Positions 38,999-48,584 of a stretch of DNA of 64,000 bases are shown piece after piece. Origin of the DNA: Coriobacteriaceae bacterium (GTDB lineage: Bacteria; Bacillota_I; Bacilli_A; RFN20; CAG-826); the NCBI GenBank assembly GCA_963612925.1, contig CAVDXG010000001.1, forward strand, positions 3,824 through 67,823, written 5' to 3'. How positions within the stretch are numbered: the first letter of the stretch is position 1; every line of letters begins with the position of its first letter. Under the pieces are notes generated by a model that saw only the letters and a program-made list of their open reading frames with translations, made no database searches and was not told the origin of the DNA. Made by a program: the position numbers and the translations under genes.

Positions 38999-39454
38999 AT
39001 GAATAAATATATGAAAATTGCTCTTGGCGAAGCTAGAAAAGGTATTCGTCATGGGCATGGTGGCCCTTTTGGAGCGGTCATCGTTAAAGATGGTGTTGTA
39101 GTTGGAAAAGGTCACAACCAAGTTGTTAAAAATAACGATCCAACTTGCCATGGTGAAATGATGGCTATTCATAAAGCGTGCAAAACTCTTGGCACATTCG
39201 ATTTAAGTGGATGTGAAATTTATACCACCGGTGAACCTTGCCCAATGTGTATGGCGGCGATTCTCTGGGCAAATATCGAAAAAGTTTACTACGGATGTAA
39301 TATTCTTGATGCTGAAGATATTGGTTTCCGCGACAAGAAATTCTACGATATGAGCGAAGAAGAACGAAATGCAATGGTCGTTGAACTTGACCGCAAAGCC
39401 GTTTTAAAACTATACGCTGAATATAAAGCGAATAAAGACAAAATTGCTTACTGA
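38999..39454 (+). CDS. guaD: Guanine deaminase GuaD-like CDA-fold nucleoside deaminase
   Basis: GGPFGAVIVKDG...HGEM...PCPMC zinc motif. The overall sequence is close to B. subtilis GuaD as I recall it, including the C-terminal extension. Confidence 0.7.
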   Translation: MNKYMKIALGEARKGIRHGHGGPFGAVIVKDGVVVGKGHNQVVKNNDPTCHGEMMAIHKACKTLGTFDLSGCEIYTTGEPCPMCMAAILWANIEKVYYGCNILDAEDIGFRDKKFYDMSEEERNAMVVELDRKAVLKLYAEYKANKDKIAY

Positions 39455-39472
39455 TAAATATTATTTATAATC

Positions 39473-39494
39473 GAGGTGGAGACACCTCTTTTTT
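39473..39494 (+). terminator. Rho-independent terminator after guaD
   Basis: GAGGTG-GAGA-CACCTC followed by TTTTTT. Confidence 0.65.
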
Positions 39495-39511
39495 GATGCT
39501 AAAATAAGCGC

Positions 39512-41047
39512 ATGGCTTTAGTAGAACTTGTTGATGTTGATTTCAATTATTCTGATAAAGAGCTCTACCGTTCCTTATCTTTAAAAATTAATGATGGCGA
39601 ACATTGTGTTTTAGTTGGCGTCAACGGCTCAGGCAAAACTACTATTTTAGATTTGTTGACTAAAAAACTAACTCCTGATCGAGGAAAAGTTGTTTGGACG
39701 CCACATGTAACTTTTTCTTACTTAGATCAAAATTTAAAGATTGATCAGGATTTATTGACTCGTGAATATTTGCATCAAACATATGCTTCTTTATTTTTAA
39801 AGGAAGCAGAAATGGAAAAATATTATGAATTATCCGCGACTGATTTAGCTAACTATGAACGTCATCTCCTCAAAGCTCAAAAACTACAAGATGAACTCAT
39901 GCAAGTCGGCTTTTATTCGATTAAAGAAACCATCGATAAATTAATTGATGGATTAGGAATAAAACAAGATAGACTTGATATTTCACTTTCTAAACTATCA
40001 TCTGGTCAAAGAGAAAAGGTTTATTTAGCTAGAATGCTTTTAGAGAATAAAGATGTTTTATTTTTAGATGAGCCGACCAACTTTTTAGATGAATCACAAG
40101 TCGATTGGCTTGCTAATTATCTTATAAATTATCCAAAAGCCTTTTTGGTGGTTTCTCATGATCAATCCTTTTTAAGGAAAATAGCGACAGTGGTATTTTC
40201 TTTAGAAAATAAAACAATTGTTCGTTATCGCGGAAGTTATGATCATTTCTTAGAGCAAAATGCTTTAGATAAAAAGATGTATGAAAAGCGTTATATCGCT
40301 CAACAACGCTACATCAAAAACGAAGAAGACTTTATCCAAAAGCATATTGTGAGGGCGACATCCTCTAAAGCTGCTAAGAGCCGTAGAACTCGCTTAGAAC
40401 ATCTTGATCGACTTGAAACACCTGCAAAAGAAGAAGGCGTTGTTCATTTTGCCTTTCCATCTTTAAAAGCTACTGGTAAGGAAACATTAGTTGTTGATAA
40501 TCTTGAAATTGGCTACGACAATAAAAGCCTTCTTGATCCAATTTCATTTCGTCTACTTCGAAACGAAAAGATAGCTATCATCGGGAAAAATGGTGTCGGT
40601 AAGACCACATTTTTAAAGACCATTCTAGGTTTATTAAAGCCGATTGCAGGTAGCTATGAATGGTTTGAAAAAACAGTTATCAACTTCTATTCTCAGGAAG
40701 CGAAACTTGATTTGAATCAATCTCCTTTTGAACTTGTAAAAGAAAAATATCCATCTTTAACGAACACCGAAATTAGAACGCTTTTAGGCTCTTTTGGCCT
40801 CAGAAAAGAATTGGCTGTGCGCAAAATGAAAGAACTCAGTGGCGGTGAAATCACCAAAGCGCGCCTTGCTTTGATGAGCTTAAAGAAATCAAACTTTTTA
40901 ATCTTTGATGAGCCGACTAACCATTTAGATATAAAAGCAAAGGAAGCTCTATTTAAAGCGATCGATATATTTGATGGAGGCGTCATAATTGTCTCTCATG
41001 AAAAAGATTTTTATGATGGCTTGGTCGATTATGAAATTCATTTTTAA
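39512..41047 (+). CDS. ABC-F family ATPase (tandem ABC domains, no TMD)
   Basis: Two Walker A motifs (GVNGSGKTT and GKNGVGKTT) and two LSGG signatures (LSSGQ and LSGGE) with an inter-domain linker. 511 aa. Confidence 0.85.
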   Translation: MALVELVDVDFNYSDKELYRSLSLKINDGEHCVLVGVNGSGKTTILDLLTKKLTPDRGKVVWTPHVTFSYLDQNLKIDQDLLTREYLHQTYASLFLKEAEMEKYYELSATDLANYERHLLKAQKLQDELMQVGFYSIKETIDKLIDGLGIKQDRLDISLSKLSSGQREKVYLARMLLENKDVLFLDEPTNFLDESQVDWLANYLINYPKAFLVVSHDQSFLRKIATVVFSLENKTIVRYRGSYDHFLEQNALDKKMYEKRYIAQQRYIKNEEDFIQKHIVRATSSKAAKSRRTRLEHLDRLETPAKEEGVVHFAFPSLKATGKETLVVDNLEIGYDNKSLLDPISFRLLRNEKIAIIGKNGVGKTTFLKTILGLLKPIAGSYEWFEKTVINFYSQEAKLDLNQSPFELVKEKYPSLTNTEIRTLLGSFGLRKELAVRKMKELSGGEITKARLALMSLKKSNFLIFDEPTNHLDIKAKEALFKAIDIFDGGVIIVSHEKDFYDGLVDYEIHF

Positions 41048-41076
41048 AACGAGGATGATATACTAGAATAGTATTT

Positions 41077-41511
41077 ATGCTGAAATGTAAAAATTGTCAC
41101 GCCAATTTGTCTCGATTAGATAAGGATATCTGTCCTTTTTGCGGAACTAAAAAGCCTCTTGAAGGCCAAGAAGATGTCACCGAAGACATCACCAAAGCTT
41201 TTGATCCGATTAAATGCGAGGAAAAAGTAGTTCATAAAAAGAAAATTGTGGCTTTCTTTTTAACCATTTTCCTTGGAGTTTTTGGCGTACATATGTTTTA
41301 TTTAGGCAAGAAAAAGAATGGGTTAATTACTTTAGGTGTTTCTTTGTCTTTTATAGCGGTTTTAGGTTTAATTCTTTTCTTCACTTGCTTAAAAAATGTC
41401 TTCGCCTTTTTAATCCCTTATTTTGCAGTTGAATTGTTGATGATTATTTCAGCGATTCTAATTTTAGTTAGAAACGATTTAGTCGATGGAAACGGAGAAT
41501 TTTTAGAATAA
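41077..41511 (+). CDS. Zinc-ribbon plus TM2-domain membrane protein
   Basis: N-terminal CxxC...CPFC zinc ribbon. TM2-domain core KKIVAFFLTIFLGVFGVHMFYLGKKKNG. Confidence 0.7.
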   Translation: MLKCKNCHANLSRLDKDICPFCGTKKPLEGQEDVTEDITKAFDPIKCEEKVVHKKKIVAFFLTIFLGVFGVHMFYLGKKKNGLITLGVSLSFIAVLGLILFFTCLKNVFAFLIPYFAVELLMIISAILILVRNDLVDGNGEFLE

Positions 41512-42230
41512 TGCAAAGATATTTTGGCTCAATTGTCGAAAAAAGAGTGCTTTTAGAACGCGATGATGTTTTCCATCTAACTAAAGTAATGCGAGCTAGA
41601 GTGAACGAAGATATTGAAGTAGTGGCTGATGAAATTCCGTTTTTATGCACAATTAAATCGCTTAAGCCATTAGAAATCGTCGTTAAAAAACAAATTCATG
41701 AAAAACGAGAGCTCGATAATAATATCACTTTAATATGCGCGCTTTTAAAGGGCGATAAATTGAATTTTGTTTTACAAAAGGCAACAGAACTTGGTGTTTA
41801 TGAAATTGTGTTATTATCTACTGACCGCACCATTGTAAAAAGTAAAGATTTTGACACTTCAAAAAAACTCGAAAGATATAATCGCATTTTAAAAGAGGCT
41901 AGCGAGCAATCGCATCGCTCACGAATTCCTTTGATGTATCGACTAATTAATATCGATGAATTAGGCAAAATTAAAGGCGACATCAAGATGATAGCCTATG
42001 AAGAAGAAGCCGGGAAAACCGATTCTTTTTTCTCACAAATTAAAAAGATTAACAAAGGCGACAAAGTTAGCATTATTATCGGTCCAGAAGGCGGTTTCAA
42101 CGAAGAGGAAGTCGAAACAGCCAAGAAAATGGGCTATGTGCCAGTTTCATTAGGAAGAAGAATCCTTCGCGCGGAAACTGCATCTATTTATGCGCTAAGC
42201 GTTATAAGTGCTTCATTAGAGAGGAAATAA
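41511..42230 (+). CDS. rsmE: 16S rRNA (uracil1498-N3)-methyltransferase RsmE
   Basis: RsmE C-terminal SPOUT motifs (...IIIGPEGGFNEEEV...LGRRILRAETA). Confidence 0.85.
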   Translation: MQRYFGSIVEKRVLLERDDVFHLTKVMRARVNEDIEVVADEIPFLCTIKSLKPLEIVVKKQIHEKRELDNNITLICALLKGDKLNFVLQKATELGVYEIVLLSTDRTIVKSKDFDTSKKLERYNRILKEASEQSHRSRIPLMYRLINIDELGKIKGDIKMIAYEEEAGKTDSFFSQIKKINKGDKVSIIIGPEGGFNEEEVETAKKMGYVPVSLGRRILRAETASIYALSVISASLERK

Positions 42231-42231
42231 A

Positions 42232-43017
42232 ATGCACTTTTTCGAAACATTATCGCGTTATCAAAAAGGTGTTAATTTCCATAAAAGTGGAGATTATTAT
42301 TTTTATATAAATAATCGTCACTTATTTTCTAATATTGAGATGTATCATTTCCTATTGGACGCTAAAAACGAATTCGATGTCATCAGGGCTAACATTTTAA
42401 TTCAAGCTATTCAAAATAAAGAAAAATTCGAAAAAGCCATCATTTATGCTTTCAAAGAAAGCAATTTAAGAACTAATGAGGTAGCAAAATACATCGAGAA
42501 AGAAGTAGAAAATTTACCTTATTTAGTTGATGGAAACAATAAAATCTATATTCCGATTTTTTCTCGAAGTATGAATGTTTTATACAATTCACAATACGGA
42601 AAGCTTTTACGCGAGCCATATTCTAAACTCATCACTAATTTCAGCACTTCTTGCATCGACTTATTTGAAATGTATAATTTCGCTCTCTACGATTCATTGT
42701 TTACAAAATTTGTAACGATTTATCGCGATGACAAAGTGATGGTGGTCTATCATTTCGATTTTAAAACTGTCTATATCATCAACAACCAAGGTCGATTAGA
42801 TGCTCGCATTGCTCTATTTGATAAATATTTAAAAAATCCTGATGATATGCATATTATTGAACGAATTAAACCGGTAATTGAACGATATTTAGATTCTGAT
42901 CGCGAAGGAATGTATCAATCCTTGATTGCTAATAATTTAATTTCAGAAAAAATGATTTATAAAATCAAGCACAAAGAATATCGCTTCCAAAGAAAACTGA
43001 AAAGAAAATCAAAATGA
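42232..43017 (+). CDS. Hypothetical soluble protein inserted between rsmE and mtaB
   Basis: 261 aa with no TM helices or recognisable motifs. Overlaps mtaB by 4 nt. Confidence 0.5.
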   Translation: MHFFETLSRYQKGVNFHKSGDYYFYINNRHLFSNIEMYHFLLDAKNEFDVIRANILIQAIQNKEKFEKAIIYAFKESNLRTNEVAKYIEKEVENLPYLVDGNNKIYIPIFSRSMNVLYNSQYGKLLREPYSKLITNFSTSCIDLFEMYNFALYDSLFTKFVTIYRDDKVMVVYHFDFKTVYIINNQGRLDARIALFDKYLKNPDDMHIIERIKPVIERYLDSDREGMYQSLIANNLISEKMIYKIKHKEYRFQRKLKRKSK

Positions 43018-44264
43018 ATATTAAAAATATAACGCTTGGTTGCAAAGTTAATTTTTATGAAAGTAATGCAATTAAGCAATGCATTATTGATGATGAATCT
43101 CTTAAGGAACAAAATGTAGGAGACATCATTTTAATTAATACTTGTTCAGTAACCGCAATCGCTGATCAGAAATCTCGCCAAATAATTCGTCGTGAGAGGC
43201 GAAATAACCCTCATTCACTCATCGTGGTTATGGGCTGCTATTCGCAAAAAAATGCTGAATATGTCTCATCAAATTGTAAAGCGGATATAGTTATTGGAAC
43301 TAGTTATCGCGATGAATTAGTAAGTCTTATTAAACAATTTTTGCTAGATAGAAAACCGATTATTAAAATCAATAAAGCTACCCGAAATCTTACTTATGAA
43401 TCATTTGGAGTTTTTCCTCTTCCAAACACCACCAGAGCATATGTAAAAATTCAAGATGGATGCAACAATTTTTGCACCTATTGCACAATTCCTTATACTC
43501 GTGGAGAAGCCCGTTCGAAACCAAAAGAAGAGGTGTTAAAAGAAATAGAATATTTAGTCAATAACGGCTATAAAGAAATTGTTTTAACTGGCATTCATAC
43601 CGCTCATTATGGTCTAGATTTAAAGAATGTAACTTTTTCTGATTTAGTCGAAGAAATCTTACAAATTAAAGGATTGTATCGCTTAAGAATTTCTTCAATA
43701 GAAGAAAGCGAGATTGATGATAAATTAATTTCACTTTTAAAAAATAAGAAGTTAGCTAATCATCTTCACATTCCTCTTCAAAGCGGTTCACCTTCAATTT
43801 TAAAAAGAATGAATAGGCGTTATGACATCGCCTCTTTTGAAAAGAAAGTGGCAAAGATTAGAGAAATCTCTCCTGATATTGCATTAACTACTGATGTAAT
43901 TGTCGGTTTTCCTGGTGAAAGCGAAGAAAATTTCTTAGAAACTAAACATTTCATTGAAAAGATTAAATTTGCTGAACTTCATGTATTTCCTTTCTCACCT
44001 CGCGAAGGAACTCTAGCCTATTCTTTTTCTAATCAAATTGACAGCCAAATTAAAGCAAAAAGAGTTAACGAATTAATCGCTCTTTCAAAAAGATTAGAAA
44101 ATGAATACAAAAATAAATTTAAGAATCAGGAATTAGAAGTCATTCTTGAAGAACGCAATAAGTTGAGTCATAAATTAAGCGGATTTACATCCAATTATTT
44201 GAAGTTATCGACTGATTTGCCTGATGACTATATCGGTAAAATAGTCAAATTAAAAGTAGAATAA
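43014..44264 (+). CDS. mtaB: tRNA methylthiotransferase MtaB (MiaB-like radical-SAM)
   Basis: N-terminal MTTase Cys triad (GCKVN...NTCSV...GCYSQ), a radical-SAM CNNFCTYC motif and a C-terminal TRAM domain. The rsmE-mtaB order is conserved in Firmicutes. Confidence 0.85.
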   Translation: MNIKNITLGCKVNFYESNAIKQCIIDDESLKEQNVGDIILINTCSVTAIADQKSRQIIRRERRNNPHSLIVVMGCYSQKNAEYVSSNCKADIVIGTSYRDELVSLIKQFLLDRKPIIKINKATRNLTYESFGVFPLPNTTRAYVKIQDGCNNFCTYCTIPYTRGEARSKPKEEVLKEIEYLVNNGYKEIVLTGIHTAHYGLDLKNVTFSDLVEEILQIKGLYRLRISSIEESEIDDKLISLLKNKKLANHLHIPLQSGSPSILKRMNRRYDIASFEKKVAKIREISPDIALTTDVIVGFPGESEENFLETKHFIEKIKFAELHVFPFSPREGTLAYSFSNQIDSQIKAKRVNELIALSKRLENEYKNKFKNQELEVILEERNKLSHKLSGFTSNYLKLSTDLPDDYIGKIVKLKVE

Positions 44265-44363
44265 AATCGAATAAAATAACAATAATTTTAAACGTTGTAT
44301 GAAAAACAATTGCTTTTATTTTAACTTAATTTATAATTAACACGTTATTTGGAGGAAGAAAAT

Positions 44364-44624
44364 ATGGCAGTACCATTTAGAAGAACATCAAAAACTTCGA
44401 AAAGAATGCGTCGTTCGCATCTTTCATTAAAAGTCTCTGGGCTTGTTAAATGCCCAAATTGCGGAGCAACTATTAAATCACATCATGTTTGTCCAAAATG
44501 CGGTCATTATGATGGAAAAGATGTCCTCAGCAAAAAAGACAAAAAAGTTGTTGATGTCAAACCAGTAGCTAAGAAGGAAAAGAAGGCAAAAGCAAAAGCA
44601 GCGAAAGCAGAGAAAAGCGAATAG
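44364..44624 (+). CDS. rpmF: 50S ribosomal protein L32 with a K/A-rich C-terminal extension
   Basis: [19 protein letters not shown] and CPNCG...CPKCG. The RBS is GGAGGAAG. I re-started the ORF at the ATG at 44364. Confidence 0.9.
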   Translation: MAVPFRRTSKTSKRMRRSHLSLKVSGLVKCPNCGATIKSHHVCPKCGHYDGKDVLSKKDKKVVDVKPVAKKEKKAKAKAAKAEKSE

Positions 44625-44674
44625 TTTCTATAAATCATTAGCTATGCTATAATCAACAAAAGAGGTTGAAAACT

Positions 44675-45319
44675 ATGGAATTAAATAGAATGATTGATCA
44701 CACCTTGCTTAAAGCCGATGCTTCAATCGATTCAATTAAGCAATTGTGTGAAGAAGCTAATAAATATAATTTTGCATCTGTTTGTGTTAATCCTTGCTTT
44801 GTGCCGGTAGCAAAAAAATTGTTAGTTAATTCACCTGTTAAGGTTTGCACAGTTATTGGTTTCCCTTTAGGCGCAACATTGCCTGAAGTTAAAAAGTTAG
44901 AAGCTAGCGAATCAGTTAAAGCTGGCGCAGACGAGATTGACATGGTTCTTAACGTCTCGATGGCTAAAGAACATGATTATGATTTTATTGAAAAAGAAAT
45001 TCGCCTTGTCAAAGAAGGCTGCAAAGGTCGCTTATTAAAAGTAATTTTAGAAACATGCTTACTTAGCGATGAAGAAATCGTTAATTGCTGCAAAGCAGCA
45101 GTAAGAGGCGGTGCCGACTTTGTAAAAACATCGACTGGATTCTCAAAAGGCGGAGCGACTGTGCATGCTGTTCAACTCATGAGAAATACAGTTGGATCGA
45201 CATTTGGAGTTAAAGCTAGCGGTGGAATCCATAATCGTGAAGAAGCCGAAGCAATGGTTCTAGCTGGAGCTAATCGCATTGGTGCCTCCTGCGGTGTTAA
45301 AATTGTAACTGGCGAATAA
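44675..45319 (+). CDS. deoC: Deoxyribose-phosphate aldolase
   Basis: DHTLLK...VCVNP...KVCTVIGFPLG...KTSTGF, containing the Schiff-base lysine motif. The RBS AGAGG lies 9 nt upstream of the ATG at 44675. Confidence 0.9.
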   Translation: MELNRMIDHTLLKADASIDSIKQLCEEANKYNFASVCVNPCFVPVAKKLLVNSPVKVCTVIGFPLGATLPEVKKLEASESVKAGADEIDMVLNVSMAKEHDYDFIEKEIRLVKEGCKGRLLKVILETCLLSDEEIVNCCKAAVRGGADFVKTSTGFSKGGATVHAVQLMRNTVGSTFGVKASGGIHNREEAEAMVLAGANRIGASCGVKIVTGE

Positions 45320-45364
45320 TAAATTCGATTAATTCTAATTACGTAAGAAAGGAAGTGATTAAAA

Positions 45365-45538
45365 ATGCCTAAAACAGTCGTTCGCGAAAACGAAACATTA
45401 GATGAAGCTCTTCGACGTTTTAAACGTCAAGTAAACAAATCTGGCGTTCTTCTTGAAACACGTAAAAGAGAATATTATCTTAAAAAAGGCTTGAAGCGCA
45501 AACTCAAAAGCGAGATGGCCAGACGTAAATCTTATTAA
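45365..45538 (+). CDS. rpsU: 30S ribosomal protein S21 (missed by the ORF track, 57 aa)
   Basis: Translates to [57 protein letters not shown]. The RBS is AGGAAG. Confidence 0.9.
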   Translation: MPKTVVRENETLDEALRRFKRQVNKSGVLLETRKREYYLKKGLKRKLKSEMARRKSY

Positions 45539-45570
45539 TTAAAAAATTAAAAGAAAACTTGAAAAAAAGA

Positions 45571-45592
45571 GGAAGTACTTAGTACTTCCTTT
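45571..45592 (+). terminator. Terminator after rpsU
   Basis: GGAAGTAC-TTAG-TACTTCC hairpin followed by TTTAAATTTTATT. Confidence 0.5.
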
Positions 45593-45652
45593 AAATTTTA
45601 TTGACACTTTTTCACAAAAGGAGAATACAAATATATGAGGGGGTGAAAATTG

Positions 45653-46825
45653 ATGTCGAGATATTTCTGCTATCAAGCTAACGATTCTGATTGCGGGTTC
45701 GCTTGTTTGAAAATGATTTTGGCAATTAAATACAAGAACGAAGGTTGCCTAAATATTTCGAAGAAGAATAAAAGAACCAACTACTCTTTTGCTGATCTTA
45801 TAGCAATTGGTAAAGATTATGGGCTTTCATTGACTGGATATCGATACGAAGAAAAGGAAAAAGTTTCGGTAAAAACTCCATTTTTAGCTTTGCTGGAGCA
45901 AAACCATCTAGTTGTTGTAACTCATCTTAACTCTTTTAAGGTTACAGTACTTGACCCTTCCAAAGGTGAGCTAAGAATGACTAGAGCAGAGTTTAATAAA
46001 ATATGGAGTGGTGACACATTAGAGATAGAATCATTTAAAGCAGTGAAATTTAATTCGAGGCGTTTAAAAGTTACGCCTTTTCTCCCTAAATTGATAAATT
46101 TCATATTATCGATATCATCATTAGCCTCCTTACTCGTTGGATTTTTCTTCATCAAAGATGATGCATATATATTTATTCCTTTAATATTGTTAGGAGCATT
46201 TATTAGTATAGAATTAGTACAAAAATGGTATCTTATCAAACAATTAAATTTGTTTGATGAAAAATATACACTCCTATATTTCAAAGATATCAGCAGCGTT
46301 AATAGAGAAGAGTTAATTGAATATAGCGAATTCAAAAAGACTTATTTTTCTTTTGAAAGTAAAATCATTGTTTCTTTATGCGCGAGCATTGTAATCATCG
46401 TCGCTTTAATTATTAACGCTCCGATAAATGCTTTAGGTGTTTTATTCATTTTGCTTATGAATGTCGTCTCTAAAATTATTTTTAAGAATAAAGATGAAAA
46501 GCGCCTAAATATCATCAACGAAGCCGAAGATGGTCTTGTTAAAACTAAAAATGCTTCGGCGAATGACATATTAAAAATGTGCAATCTATCGAATAAATAT
46601 GCTTTTAATATCTCGTTAAGAAACTGTGTTTACTCCTTTTTAATACTTCTGTTAAGTTTCTTTGTGATGCTTGCAAATAAAATCGCCAGCGTCAACTTTT
46701 TGATTTTCCATTTTGGGCTTTATTATGTCTTAAACACTTATATCGATACTCTGGTTAGCTACAATGACCAGAAAAAAGAATACGAGAGAAGTAAAGCTAG
46801 ATTTCTAGATAAGTGTAATTTATAA
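45653..46825 (+). CDS. Peptidase C39-like domain fused to a ~6-TM domain, with no ABC ATPase
   Basis: The N-terminus YQANDSDCGFACLKMI carries the Q/C of the C39 motif, with later HLVVVTH and DPSKG providing the His and Asp. About six hydrophobic helices follow, and there are no Walker motifs. An RBS (GAGGGGG) and TTGACA at 45601 precede it. Confidence 0.7.
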   Translation: MSRYFCYQANDSDCGFACLKMILAIKYKNEGCLNISKKNKRTNYSFADLIAIGKDYGLSLTGYRYEEKEKVSVKTPFLALLEQNHLVVVTHLNSFKVTVLDPSKGELRMTRAEFNKIWSGDTLEIESFKAVKFNSRRLKVTPFLPKLINFILSISSLASLLVGFFFIKDDAYIFIPLILLGAFISIELVQKWYLIKQLNLFDEKYTLLYFKDISSVNREELIEYSEFKKTYFSFESKIIVSLCASIVIIVALIINAPINALGVLFILLMNVVSKIIFKNKDEKRLNIINEAEDGLVKTKNASANDILKMCNLSNKYAFNISLRNCVYSFLILLLSFFVMLANKIASVNFLIFHFGLYYVLNTYIDTLVSYNDQKKEYERSKARFLDKCNL

Positions 46826-46866
46826 ATAAATTTTAAAAATGTATGCTATAATCATTTTCCCAAATT

Positions 46867-47712
46867 ATGGAACTTGATTTTTCAAACCTCGGACCTCAAG
46901 ACTTAAACTCTTACGAAGAGACATTTTTTAAGTTAGCCCAAAAGGTGTTTTCGCATTTAAATGTGAATGATAATTATCTTATTGATGTCGCTATCGTAGA
47001 TAACAAATCTATCCAAGAAATCAATCGAGATTATCGAAACAAAGATTGCCCTACTGATGTGATTAGCTTTGCCTTTTTAGACGACAAAAAAGAAATATTC
47101 AACACAGATTGTCCCAATTCATTAGGGCAGATCATCATTTCTTATGAAAGGGCTAATGAACAAGCGAGCGCTTATAAGCACACCTTTATGCGCGAAATGT
47201 CATTTTTGTTCGTTCACGGTTTGCTTCATCTTTTGGGTTATGACCACATGAAAAAATGTGATGAATTAATTATGTTTTCTATACAAAATGAAATATTAGG
47301 AGGATTTAGAATGGAAAAAGAAGAACTAGTTGCTAAAGCAATTGAAGCACGAGAATTGGCTTATGTGCCTTATTCTCATTTTAAAGTGGGAGCTGTAATA
47401 CTTACAAAAGATGGACGCTTATTTTTAGGTGCGAACATCGAAAACTCCTCATATCCTTGCTGCATGTGCGCTGAAAGAAATGCAATCTTTAATGCTTATT
47501 TGCATGGCGTTAAAAAAGACGATATTGCGGCTTTAGCGTTATCGGCCGATACAGATGGGCCTTGTTCACCTTGTGGAGCTTGTCGTCAAGTTTTAAGCGA
47601 ACTCATGCCTAGCAATGCGCCTATCTTCATGTCAAATTTAAAAGGTGTAATCAAGGAAACAACTATCGCTGAACTTTTGCCATACGCTTTCTCGGAGGAT
47701 GATTTGAAATAA
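46867..47712 (+). CDS. ybeY: In-frame fusion of endoribonuclease YbeY and cytidine deaminase Cdd
   Basis: Residues 1-150 are YbeY (TDVISFAF, HGLLHLLGYDH). Residues ~153-281 are Cdd (CMCAERNA, PCSPCGACRQ). A TTAGGAGGATTTAGAATG Shine-Dalgarno plus ATG is retained in frame at the junction. Confidence 0.8.
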   Translation: MELDFSNLGPQDLNSYEETFFKLAQKVFSHLNVNDNYLIDVAIVDNKSIQEINRDYRNKDCPTDVISFAFLDDKKEIFNTDCPNSLGQIIISYERANEQASAYKHTFMREMSFLFVHGLLHLLGYDHMKKCDELIMFSIQNEILGGFRMEKEELVAKAIEARELAYVPYSHFKVGAVILTKDGRLFLGANIENSSYPCCMCAERNAIFNAYLHGVKKDDIAALALSADTDGPCSPCGACRQVLSELMPSNAPIFMSNLKGVIKETTIAELLPYAFSEDDLK

Positions 47713-48584
47713 TGCAATCCGGTTTTGTCGCAATCATTGGAAGAGCCAACGCCGGGAAATCTACGATTTTAAATTCGCTTTTGAATCGTGATGTTTCAAT
47801 TGTTACTGATAAAGCTCAAACGACGCGAAATTTAATTCGTGGTATTTACGATGATGGTGAATATCAAATTGTTTTTATCGATACGCCAGGAATTCATAAG
47901 GCACATCATTCGTTAGGAAAAATGATGAATCAAGATGCTTTTGATTCCACAAAAGATGTTGAAGCAATCGTTTTAGTGGTGGGCGCATCTAAAAGATTTA
48001 ATGCCGGAGATGAACTAATTGTCAGTAAAATTCCTCAGAACATTCCTCTATTTATTGCAATTAATAAAATTGATTTATTAAGATTGCCTGAGGTTCAAGA
48101 AGTTAAAAAGCTTTATCAAGAACGTTATCCAAATGGAAAGCTTATCGAGATGAGTGCGATTAGAGACTTTGGAGTTTCTGATTTATTAGAAGAAATTAAA
48201 AAACTAATGCCGGAAGGCCCACGCTTTTATCCAGAAGAGCAAATCGTTGATAAGGATGCTGCCTTTTATGTTTCTGAAATAGTTCGAGAAAACGCTTTGA
48301 ATCTTTTAAAAGAAGAAGTGCCACACGAACTTGCTGTGCGAGTTGATGATATTAAACATAAAAAAGAAGCAGTTTATATCAAATCAACAATAATTGTTGA
48401 CCGCGAATCGCATAAAGGTATTGTCATCGGCAAAGGCGGCAAGAAAATCAAAGCCATTGGCTATAGATCGAGAATAAAACTCGAAAAATATTTCAACAAA
48501 CATGTTTATCTTGAACTCTTCGTATCAGTTAAAGAAGATTGGATAAATAATCCTCGAATTCTAAAAGAATTAGGATATAAATAA
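47712..48584 (+). CDS. era: GTPase Era
   Basis: GRANAGKST, DTPG and the C-terminal KH domain. The TAATG overlap with the upstream gene is seen. Confidence 0.9.
   Translation: MQSGFVAIIGRANAGKSTILNSLLNRDVSIVTDKAQTTRNLIRGIYDDGEYQIVFIDTPGIHKAHHSLGKMMNQDAFDSTKDVEAIVLVVGASKRFNAGDELIVSKIPQNIPLFIAINKIDLLRLPEVQEVKKLYQERYPNGKLIEMSAIRDFGVSDLLEEIKKLMPEGPRFYPEEQIVDKDAAFYVSEIVRENALNLLKEEVPHELAVRVDDIKHKKEAVYIKSTIIVDRESHKGIVIGKGGKKIKAIGYRSRIKLEKYFNKHVYLELFVSVKEDWINNPRILKELGYK

Noticed and set aside
39512-41047. The ABC-F protein as the missing ATPase partner of the C39/6TM protein
   Set aside because: ABC-F proteins have tandem NBDs joined by a linker and act on the ribosome, not as transporter NBDs. The protein is also 4.6 kb away in a different transcription unit.
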